NCBI GenBank assembly: GCA_041690135.1
Contig: JAWLHY010000002.1
Location: 688,342 to 752,341, forward strand
Direction of reading: 5' to 3'
DNA from: Armatimonadota bacterium
GTDB taxonomy: Bacteria > Armatimonadota > SYMT01
Length of the DNA stretch: 64,000 nucleotides
This document shows, piece after piece, positions 18,344 through 26,306 of the stretch. A program made the position numbers and the translations under genes. The notes beneath the pieces are model-generated. The model made no database searches. It saw only the letters and a list, made by a program, of their open reading frames with translations, and was not told the origin of the DNA. The first letter of the stretch is position 1; each line of letters begins with the position of its first letter.

Positions 18344-19610
18344 GCTGTGGCCCTTCTTGGGACTCGCTGACTACTCCTGTAATGGCGTCAACGTACAGCT
18401 TGCCTGCAGGGTGTTTGCCAGGTTCCGCCCAGCCCTCGGGTAATCTCGCCGCATCTTCCCTCGATAGACCGCGGGGAGGCGAGTAAAAAAAGGCGATCTC
18501 CCAGAGCCTCTCTGTTCTACGGGCCGGAAGTTCTACGCCGAACCTCTGACCGCGCGTGTGCGAAAGGTATGCGCAGGCGGCTCGGACGGCCTGCTGCTCA
18601 TTAGTGACACCCGGCCAGGGATCCGCGATCAGACGCGAGGGAATCCCCTGGTTGATGCGGTGTTCCCAGTAGAGCGCATCTTGTAGACGGCTCAATTCAT
18701 CCGCCCCTTTAGGGGTTATTGATCCCGACCGGGTAGCACCCTTGAGCGTCTCATATTGCTCAAGCTTCCGATCATCCAGGAGGCGGACTGGAAGCAGGGG
18801 TGTCCGGGGCCAGCCTGCGAACAATTCTTCTTGAGAGCCAGGATGATCTCTGGTATGCGGTGCCTCCTTGATAAGCTCTCTCGCTTCCTTCTCTGACCAA
18901 CCGTAGAGTTCGACGACCGCACTGAGCAAGTAGAGTTGGTGATCACGGATGTAGGATGGCAGGTCCAATCGGCAGGCCGACTGTGCTTCATACAGTTGAT
19001 GCAGGCGATAAGAGAGCAAAGCGACCTGCGCAAAAGTACTCGGCTTGAGCGCTGGGGCCGCTATCGGTAATCTCTCCAGTACTTTCTTAGCGAGTTCCTT
19101 GCTCTGGCTACCAACTTCCTGGGCAGTGCGAGCATAGAGAACGTGACCTATGGCGCTGTTCAGGATCCCTACCACCGCGAACGCCATCGCCAGTTCCCAG
19201 CCGGGTGCCAGTGCACCTATCCATGCCCGCCTGGGATAGATCGCCTCCGCGGTCACGGACCAGCGCAGATTGGCGGAACGGTCTGCCGCCACCAGCTTCA
19301 CCGGTGCATCCACGAGGGGTCGCGGGAGCTTCGTGATATGTGAACTGCCGTCTGCCTTTGCGAAGGCCGCCGAAATATCCTCGTACAGTGCCCACTGTTC
19401 TCGCCGGTGATAGTGGTAGCTCTTCAGGTCGGCAGCCTGGAGCACCCGGTAGTGCTCCGGAGATTCGCGCAGCCGGCCAACTGGAACAGTCACCTTCGGT
19501 GGGAAGCGAGCGCAACGGAGCGGCTCGATGATCCGCCCGAGCAGGATGAACTCCTGTTCTTCCTTCACCGACTTCGCAACCCGATCCAGCAGTTGAGTCC
19601 CTGTTGCCAT
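18318..19610 (-). CDS. TaqI-C/Eco57I-like target-recognition domain fused to helical and PepSY-like domains
   Basis: VVGILNS...LERLPI...VVELYGWSEKEA; C-terminal EQQAVRAA..YL...W.I...GKLYVDAITG; start placed at ATG 19610. Confidence 0.65.
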   Translation of the reverse strand: MATGTQLLDRVAKSVKEEQEFILLGRIIEPLRCARFPPKVTVPVGRLRESPEHYRVLQAADLKSYHYHRREQWALYEDISAAFAKADGSSHITKLPRPLVDAPVKLVAADRSANLRWSVTAEAIYPRRAWIGALAPGWELAMAFAVVGILNSAIGHVLYARTAQEVGSQSKELAKKVLERLPIAAPALKPSTFAQVALLSYRLHQLYEAQSACRLDLPSYIRDHQLYLLSAVVELYGWSEKEARELIKEAPHTRDHPGSQEELFAGWPRTPLLPVRLLDDRKLEQYETLKGATRSGSITPKGADELSRLQDALYWEHRINQGIPSRLIADPWPGVTNEQQAVRAACAYLSHTRGQRFGVELPARRTERLWEIAFFYSPPRGLSREDAARLPEGWAEPGKHPAGKLYVDAITGVVSESQEGPQHAVAAQSR

Positions 19611-19728
19611 GGCTTTAACATCCCCAGTGCTCTCGCTCGCAAGGCTTGCATTCATGGTACGGCTTGGGCAGCCCGTCGTCCACCAGACATTGCACTCGCG
19701 ATCCGTGGGTTCAATTGCCCAAGTCCAC

Positions 19729-21384
19729 TTACTCTCTCCGAGTGATCTCTGAGGTTGAGCCTTCCCATCGGCAGATTTCTCGGAGGAGCCGGTGTGTCTC
19801 TTCCCGGCTGGGGGTGGTGGTCCAGAGCTGCTCGCGGAACCGCTGATAGGGACCGAGGAGCGGGTGGGCCAGGAAGGCCTCGTAATCAATCCCCATCTCT
19901 CGCAGTTCCTGGGTGACCGTGGCCAGGTTGCCCCGCCGGCGATCCCGGGCGAGGCGTCGATTCAGCTCTGTCTGAATAGGCTCGGGCTGCTCCGCCACCA
20001 TGAACTTGAGGACGTTCTGGTCCAGGTTCGCACCGAACCGCTCCAGATACTCCGGTCCGGGATCAAGCGGAATCTCATCGGCCAGGGTTTCGAACAACGG
20101 CGGTTCGGGTGCCTCGCGGTCTCGAGTCCAGATCGCCTTCAGCAGCAGTCGCCGCCGCAGATCCTCCGGTTCCTCCTCCAGGTAGCGGTCGATGAGCGCA
20201 CAGGCGGCCGCTGGGTCCACCAGCACCTCGCCTTTCCACACGCTGAGCCCGGCGAGAGCCGCCTCCAGATGGCGGGCGAAGAAGGGTGGATTGAGGTAGG
20301 CGCCGTGGACGGGTCCCCGCGGATCGGTCCGACACTGGACTCGGATCCGGTCACCGGCGGCGTGGTCCAGGTAGGCGCGGAGATGGGGGAGGTGCGCCAG
20401 GCCGGCCACGTGGACCGCACGCAGTTCTCCTCCCGGCTCCACCGCGCGCGCAGCCCGGCATACCTTCTCCAGCAGCACTTCCAGCAGGTAGAAGTCGTTT
20501 ACCCCCAGCAGGAACCCTTCCAGGATCTGCTGCTGCACGAACTGCGGCAGCTCCGCTGCCGGTACCTGGAACTCGCGCGCCAGCGGCGCCAGGCGTTCCA
20601 CGGTGTAAGCTTCCACTTCCAACACCGGCGCGGGGGCGTGATCATACAGCACCAAGTGCCGCCCCGCACCCACCGGATTCTCCGAGGCGCCGACGTGGAC
20701 GATCCGGTTCGCCGCGAAGGCCTCCTGGAGGTGCGGCGGCAGGTCCGCGAAAAGTACTTCCAGCGACACGGGCTCCGGGCCCACTCCGCCAAGCTCTTGC
20801 CGGGGATAGCTTTGCGCATTGGGATAGGGGAGCGCGAGCGCCGGGGCCTCGAAGTCGTTCGCGACCAGCCCGTGCCGGTAGTAGAGGCGCGCGCGCAAGT
20901 AGCGGACGTGGGGGTTGACGTTGCAGCCAACGGTCCCGAAGCGCGGCGCGTTCCGGCGACAGTGCTCCAGGAGATCGAGCCAGAAGATGTTGCGGATGTG
21001 AACTTCCGCCTCACCACCGCTCTCGTCGCTGCTATTCGGTGCGGCGAGATACGCCTTCACGGGAGTGGTCGGCAGCTCCAGGCTGACCAGGTCAGCCTCC
21101 CGTACGACGGGGACTTCGCTCGGGAACCAGTGGCCGATATGCTCCACCCCCAGAAACGTCAGGACGAGCCGACGGTCCCCCTGGCGCAGGAGATCATCCA
21201 GCTTCCGGAGCAGGAAGCCGATCCGGTTGAGGTAGCGGTGTCGGGACGCCACGGGATACACGTGATCAGGACCAGGATGGCGATCGAAATCAAGAAGCGA
21301 CGCTGCGGGACCCGTCTCCGGAACATACAGAGAAGGGTGTCCCACATAGCTTCGCTGCCGGGCAAGAGGTTCCCTGCCTGCCAA
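19729..21384 (-). CDS. Hypothetical protein, possible EreA/ChaN/TraB-like fold
   Basis: Long ORF with normal codon bias; FLGVEH near N-terminus and VHVAGLAHLPHL later; start uncertain. Confidence 0.45.
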   Translation of the reverse strand: MAGREPLARQRSYVGHPSLYVPETGPAASLLDFDRHPGPDHVYPVASRHRYLNRIGFLLRKLDDLLRQGDRRLVLTFLGVEHIGHWFPSEVPVVREADLVSLELPTTPVKAYLAAPNSSDESGGEAEVHIRNIFWLDLLEHCRRNAPRFGTVGCNVNPHVRYLRARLYYRHGLVANDFEAPALALPYPNAQSYPRQELGGVGPEPVSLEVLFADLPPHLQEAFAANRIVHVGASENPVGAGRHLVLYDHAPAPVLEVEAYTVERLAPLAREFQVPAAELPQFVQQQILEGFLLGVNDFYLLEVLLEKVCRAARAVEPGGELRAVHVAGLAHLPHLRAYLDHAAGDRIRVQCRTDPRGPVHGAYLNPPFFARHLEAALAGLSVWKGEVLVDPAAACALIDRYLEEEPEDLRRRLLLKAIWTRDREAPEPPLFETLADEIPLDPGPEYLERFGANLDQNVLKFMVAEQPEPIQTELNRRLARDRRRGNLATVTQELREMGIDYEAFLAHPLLGPYQRFREQLWTTTPSREETHRLLREICRWEGSTSEITRRE

Positions 21385-21505
21385 CGCGAAAGCGTAGTTC
21401 GTTTCTCAGGATTCCGGTGAGGCCTTGACCCGGATGGGAACGGATGGAGCCGATAGGCACGGAGCCGGTGGGTGAGGGAAGATCGTTAGTCGTGGATAGG
21501 ACCGA

Positions 21506-21919
21506 CTACGGCTCGCGGCCGAGTTCCACGAGAAGGCAAGGGCCACCGTGGATCACGTTCAGGCCGGCTGCCTCCGCCTTGCGGACGGCGGCGGGGCTTT
21601 CGGCGCCGGGCTGCATCCAGACGTGCTTTACCCCGGCGGAGATGATGTCGTCCATCACCTGCTCCGTGACGGCGGGGGGCGTGATGATGGAGACCGCCTC
21701 GACCCGCTCCGGCAGCGCGGCCAGGTTGGGGAAGGTGGGATGGCCGAGGATGGTCTGCGAGCGGGGGTTGACGGGGTAGGCCCTCCGGTCGTGGCGCAGG
21801 TAGGCGGCAAAGACGTGGTGGCCGAACTTGGCCGGGTCGTCGCTGGCGCCGACAACGGCGAAGGAAGGGGCAGCGAGAAACGCCCGGATCTGCTCGCGAA
21901 GTTTTGCGGTGGCCGGCAT
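21506..21919 (-). CDS. CoA-binding protein (YccU-like)
   Basis: AVVGAS.DP.KFG, YPVNP, WMQPGAES, GPCLLV. Confidence 0.93.
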   Translation of the reverse strand: MPATAKLREQIRAFLAAPSFAVVGASDDPAKFGHHVFAAYLRHDRRAYPVNPRSQTILGHPTFPNLAALPERVEAVSIITPPAVTEQVMDDIISAGVKHVWMQPGAESPAAVRKAEAAGLNVIHGGPCLLVELGREP

Positions 21920-21953
21920 CCCAAAGACCTCTCCAGGTTAAACTTGCTTCAGC

Positions 21954-21979
21954 GTACCCGTGTCCCCGTAACAGGAAAC
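21954..21979 (-). promoter_or_regulatory. SigB/SigF-type promoter for CoA-binding gene
   Basis: GTTT-N16-GGGTAC about 35 nt upstream of the ATG. Confidence 0.55.
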
Positions 21980-21981
21980 GG

Positions 21982-22019
21982 AAAAGGGAGGGGGAGCGCC
22001 GTTGATCCCCCTCCCCTTC
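21982..22019 (-). terminator. Intrinsic terminator after methyltransferase gene
   Basis: Minus strand GGGGAGGGGGA...TCCCCCTCCC followed by TTTT. Confidence 0.75.
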
Positions 22020-22070
22020 AGTGTTTCGGCAGGGGTCTGCCTCACACGCTTGTGAACAGGTTAACCCGGA

Positions 22071-22955
22071 TCAGTCGGGCTTCCGCGCCACGACCAGTAC
22101 GCAGCCGCCCTCGCCGGTGGCGTGTTCGCGCTCCACGGTAAGGCCCGCCTCGCGGAGTACCGGGTGGAACTGTCCCGTGCTGTAGCAGGGAATGCGCGCG
22201 CTGAGGCCGCCCGCCAGCCCCGAGCGGTCGAGCTTTTCCCAGCGGTCCAGGATCAGAGTGGCGCCCGGCGCCATGATTCCTGTGAAGAAGCGAATCTCTT
22301 GCGCCAGTTCCTCCAGGGAGAGTTGCTGGGTGAGACCCAGGGAGAGGACCGCGTGGAACGGGCCTTCCTGCGCAGCTATGGCCGTCACGCCACGGTGGCG
22401 CCGCAGGTCTTCCTGCAAGAATGTGATCGCATGCCCGGCGCACCGGGCGTTCCAACTCGCTTCGGGGAGCACGGTACCTTCGGGGTCCAGGTCCACGCCC
22501 CAGCAGCGCACGCGGCCCGCGACCTCCGGTCGGGTCGCCCGGAGGCGCTCCAGCATGCCGGTAAGCTCGCAGCCCAGGCCGCAGGGGGTGCTGAGGACGC
22601 GGCACTCCCGCTCGCCGGAGCGGATCTGCATGACCGCGGCGGCGGTCAGTTCGCCGGTGGCGGCTTCCAGTCGCTCGCGCAGGCCGCGGTGGATCGGGAG
22701 TTCGAGGACCATCCGGTCGGCCACGCTCCCGAGCAGGCCCCTCTCCGGCGTGGGGACGTTGGCGTAGACGCGGGCGAGGTTCCGCGCGTCGTAGCCGCGG
22801 GTGAGGATCTCCCGCGCCAGGGCGCTGGAGAGGATAGGGAGGCAGCGCCCCTGTCCGCTTTCGACGAGCCCGTGGGCCATGCGGACCGGAGCCGGAGTCG
22901 AAGGGCTTTGTATACGCGCCCGCAGGCGCTCCCGTGCCAAAGTGAGGGCACTCAT
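22071..22955 (-). CDS. Class I SAM-dependent methyltransferase-like protein
   Basis: VLSTPCGLG, GVDLD, FLQED, SLGL, MAPGATLI; start at ATG 22955 or GTG 23009. Confidence 0.75.
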   Translation of the reverse strand: MSALTLARERLRARIQSPSTPAPVRMAHGLVESGQGRCLPILSSALAREILTRGYDARNLARVYANVPTPERGLLGSVADRMVLELPIHRGLRERLEAATGELTAAAVMQIRSGERECRVLSTPCGLGCELTGMLERLRATRPEVAGRVRCWGVDLDPEGTVLPEASWNARCAGHAITFLQEDLRRHRGVTAIAAQEGPFHAVLSLGLTQQLSLEELAQEIRFFTGIMAPGATLILDRWEKLDRSGLAGGLSARIPCYSTGQFHPVLREAGLTVEREHATGEGGCVLVVARKPD

Positions 22956-23255
22956 TCCGTTAGTGGTCTCCGCCTCTAAAGAGAAAGAGAAATCCAGTAC
23001 AACTTTCACGCGCGAAATGCGACACTCGCGCGGTCTGCTTTGTCTCTGTCATATAGACTTACGCTATGACCGTGGTCGCCGTCGCGGGACCTTAGACCTA
23101 TATTCGGTCCCCTCCGGCCCTCAATGCCAGCCCATCCTCTGCAGCGGGCGGCAGCGGGGTCGGCAGGCGACCTTCGAGCGGGGCGGGATGGAGATTGACC
23201 GCAAGCCCGCCGGTAGATCCTGCCGGAGACGCCGCGATTCTGATGAGGATGGTGT

Positions 23256-24059
23256 ATGGATTCTGTAGCTGCTGAACGGGGCCCCGTGGGCCTGAAGAGT
23301 TTCCGGTTATCGCAATTGCCGACGGCCCCGCGGGTGGTCCTCACGATGTTCCTGGCCCTGGTGGGCATCGGGTATATGGTCGCCCTCTCGCACCTTTACT
23401 TCACGTACAACGCGGTGGACGGCAAACCGGGTGTGGGCCCGGAAGATCTCAAGCAGAGCATCTATGGAAAGCGGGAAACCACCCTTCTCGAGTCGAAGCT
23501 GGTCGGCGGCACGATGGAGAAGTTCTGCCCGGACACTGGGGAACGCGACCAGATCGTGGCGTGGGCGCGGAAGGGGGCCCCGGAAGCGGAGTTCGCGTCG
23601 ATCCAGCCGATCCTGCAGCAGCGGTGCGTGAGCTGCCACAGCACGGATGGGGCCGCCAAGTTCCGCCCGCTCACCGACTTTACGGAAGTGGCCGCCACGG
23701 CCCAGATGGACAAGGGAGAGTCGATGCCGGCCTGGGCGCGAACGGCCCACGTGCATCTCCAATCACTTTCCGTGATCTTCCTGCTGGTGGGTCTTGCCTT
23801 CTCATTCTGCGGGCTGCCCCAGGCGCTGAAGTCCGTGGTGGTAACCCTGCCGTTCATTGCGCTGGTGACGGATTTCGGCGCGCGAGCGCTGGCGCAGCAC
23901 TACCCGGACGCAGTGTACGGAGTGATGGCCTCCGGCGCCGTGATGGGGCTTTCGCTGGTCTTCATGGTCCTGGCCACCCTTTACGAGCTCTGGGTCTGGA
24001 AGCCGCGCCCGCCCATGCCTCAGGGGCAGAGCGCCAAGGTGGCGTTTGAAGGGGCGTAG
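23256..24059 (+). CDS. Integral membrane protein with monoheme cytochrome c domain
   Basis: One N-terminal TM, soluble domain with CVSCH, about three C-terminal TMs with AHVHL. Confidence 0.75.
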   Translation: MDSVAAERGPVGLKSFRLSQLPTAPRVVLTMFLALVGIGYMVALSHLYFTYNAVDGKPGVGPEDLKQSIYGKRETTLLESKLVGGTMEKFCPDTGERDQIVAWARKGAPEAEFASIQPILQQRCVSCHSTDGAAKFRPLTDFTEVAATAQMDKGESMPAWARTAHVHLQSLSVIFLLVGLAFSFCGLPQALKSVVVTLPFIALVTDFGARALAQHYPDAVYGVMASGAVMGLSLVFMVLATLYELWVWKPRPPMPQGQSAKVAFEGA

Positions 24060-24081
24060 AGTTTTCGGAATGGAATGCGTG

Positions 24082-24115
24082 ATGGGCCGGGGATGATCCC
24101 CGGCCCATTTTTCTT
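24082..24115 (+). terminator. Intrinsic terminator
   Basis: ATGGGCCGGGGA-tga-TCCCCGGCCCAT-TTTTCTT. Confidence 0.85.
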
Positions 24116-24257
24116 GTCACACGGAAGGGTTCAAAACCGTAATTCCCAACGGCGCCTGCGGCGGAGGAAGGGGATTGGCGGCCCGGCGGAATACAATTCT
24201 CCGTGGCATCCCCGATCCTGCGTGCAGGGTGAGCGGAGAGGATAGCGAGGTTTCGGA

Positions 24258-24770
24258 ATGGAGAAGTCGGTAAACGACCCGGAGTTGGAGCACCCGGAAG
24301 GTCCTTCGCGCCGGGGTTTCCTGGGGCTGACGGCCACAATCGGGGCCGTCATCGGGATCATGGTCGGGGTGCCGGTGGGCGCGCTCTTCGCGGCGCCCCT
24401 CCTACGCCGGGGCACGGGCGCGGGGGATAACTGGGTTCCGATCGGTCCCGCCGAGGAGTTCAGCGAGCAGCGGAAAGACGTGGAGTACCGCTTCGAGCGG
24501 ACCGACGGCTGGTACACCGCGCAGCAGGTCCGTCGCGTTTCGGTGGCGAAGGTCGCCGACAATGAGTTTGCCGTGCTCTCCACCAAGTGCAGTCACGCGG
24601 GCTGCGGCGTGACCTGGAAGCCGGACCAGCAGGTGTTCTATTGTCCCTGCCACGGCGGCGAGTTCAATGCGGACGGCACCGTAAAGAAGGGCCCGCCGGA
24701 CACGCCGTTGGTGCGCCTGGAAGCCCGCCGGAACGAAGCGACCGGCCAACTGGAAGTGAAGGAGACCTGA
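24258..24770 (+). CDS. Rieske 2Fe-2S subunit of a Rieske/cytochrome b complex
   Basis: SRRGFL Tat motif; CSHAGC and CPCHGG boxes; GPP. Confidence 0.95.
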   Translation: MEKSVNDPELEHPEGPSRRGFLGLTATIGAVIGIMVGVPVGALFAAPLLRRGTGAGDNWVPIGPAEEFSEQRKDVEYRFERTDGWYTAQQVRRVSVAKVADNEFAVLSTKCSHAGCGVTWKPDQQVFYCPCHGGEFNADGTVKKGPPDTPLVRLEARRNEATGQLEVKET

Positions 24771-24812
24771 TGGGTTATGGTCGGGATCAGGAAAGGGTGA
24801 GGGGCTGAGCGC

Positions 24813-26306
24813 ATGCTGTCCAGGTTGAAGAGCTGGCTGATGGACCGCACCACGGTCGGGCCGGAAGCGATCCAGGCGATGAACCGCGGCCTGCCGAAGG
24901 GAGTGGGGTGGCTCCACACGCTGGGCAGCGTGGCGATGGCGTTGATCGCACTCCAGGCGGTGACCGGGATCGTGCTGGGGATGTACTATTCTCCCCATCC
25001 GGATGCCGCATATGAGACGGTTCGCTTCATCGACCGCGAGTTGCCGATGGGCCTGTTCGTCCGCAGCATCCATCATTACGGCGATAGCGCGTTGATCGTG
25101 GTGGTGATCGCGCACCTGCTGCGCACCTTCTTCCAGGGAACCTACAAAGCACCACGCGAGCTGAACTGGATCCTGGGTATCGTGCTGGTGCAGGTGGTTA
25201 TCGGTTTCGGCTTCACCGGGGCGCTCCTGCCGTGGGACCAGAACGCCTACAAGGCCACGGAAGTCCGGGTGTCCTACCCCTCGCAGGTCCCGATCCTGGG
25301 TCCCATCATCCAGACGGTGCTCCTGGGCGGGCGGGACATCGGCGCCCTCACCCTGACGCGTTTTTACGCCATTCACGCGCTCCTGCTGCCGGCGCTCTTG
25401 CTGCTGCTGATGCGTGCCCATACGGTGCTGGCCTGGAGGAAGGGGCCCACGCCTCCCGGCGCGCGCGTGGGTGAGGAAGCGGAGGTTCCGGTGGCCTCGC
25501 GCTTCGTGGAGCACCAGCTCTTCCGGAATGCCGTGGCGATCCTGGGCACGTTCATCGTCGTGTTCGTGCTGGCCGCCGTGCGCCCCTATGAGCTGGAGTT
25601 CAAAGCGAACCCGGCCGACGCCACCTACACGCCGCGCGCGGAATGGTACTTCCTGTTCCTGTTCCAGTTCGTGAAAGACTTCGACACGCTGCCGGTCCTG
25701 GAGAAGCTCCCCGCTTGGTTCCCCGCCCTCGTGATACCCGGAATCGGCATAACCTTCCTGGCCCTCGCTCCGTGGATCGACCGCAGCCCCGAGCGGAAGG
25801 CCAGCCGGCGCCCGGTGATGGTCGGGCTGGTGTGTCTTGGCCTGGTGGGAGCGGTCGCCCTCACCGTACGGGCCTATGCGCTGCTCCATCCGAACGCTAC
25901 TCCGAGCCATAGCCTTTACGCCCGCTTCACGGACGGTGGTGAGAAGCCTCTCCCGGCCGAGCTGGTGGCGGAAGGGAAGCAGGCCTTCGCCGCATGCGGA
26001 GGATGCCACAGCGCCTACGCCGATTTCCAGTCCGACCTGGGCCCGGACCTCACCGGCTACGGCCGCAAGACGTTCCTGGCGGAACTGGAGGGCCATCCGG
26101 AGATCGGAAAGCTGAGCTTCTACGAGCGTTACCGCGGCTACGTCCGTGGCGACTTGCGCCCGGAGCAGACGGTGATGCCGAAGTACACGGAAGAGATGCT
26201 CCCCACGGAGAAGCTCGACGCCATCGGCGCCTACCTCTCGCAGGACCCCGTCGAAGCGATCGTCCGCCACAAGGACCCGACTTCGCCATCAACACCCGGT
26301 GAATAA
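24813..26306 (+). CDS. Cytochrome b + subunit IV + cytochrome c fusion
   Basis: RSIHH...AHLLR, PRELNW, LPWDQ, RFYAIH...AH, AEWYFL, C-terminal CGGCH with distal MP. Confidence 0.93.
   Translation: MLSRLKSWLMDRTTVGPEAIQAMNRGLPKGVGWLHTLGSVAMALIALQAVTGIVLGMYYSPHPDAAYETVRFIDRELPMGLFVRSIHHYGDSALIVVVIAHLLRTFFQGTYKAPRELNWILGIVLVQVVIGFGFTGALLPWDQNAYKATEVRVSYPSQVPILGPIIQTVLLGGRDIGALTLTRFYAIHALLLPALLLLLMRAHTVLAWRKGPTPPGARVGEEAEVPVASRFVEHQLFRNAVAILGTFIVVFVLAAVRPYELEFKANPADATYTPRAEWYFLFLFQFVKDFDTLPVLEKLPAWFPALVIPGIGITFLALAPWIDRSPERKASRRPVMVGLVCLGLVGAVALTVRAYALLHPNATPSHSLYARFTDGGEKPLPAELVAEGKQAFAACGGCHSAYADFQSDLGPDLTGYGRKTFLAELEGHPEIGKLSFYERYRGYVRGDLRPEQTVMPKYTEEMLPTEKLDAIGAYLSQDPVEAIVRHKDPTSPSTPGE

Noticed and set aside
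16097-19610. Functional type I or IIG restriction-modification system
   Set aside because: No intact SAM-binding motif, no NPPY/F, and no nuclease or helicase subunit visible.
19611-19889. N-terminal extension of the 523-aa ORF
   Set aside because: Overlaps the upstream gene and is low complexity; ATG 19610 has an RBS and matches the domain start.
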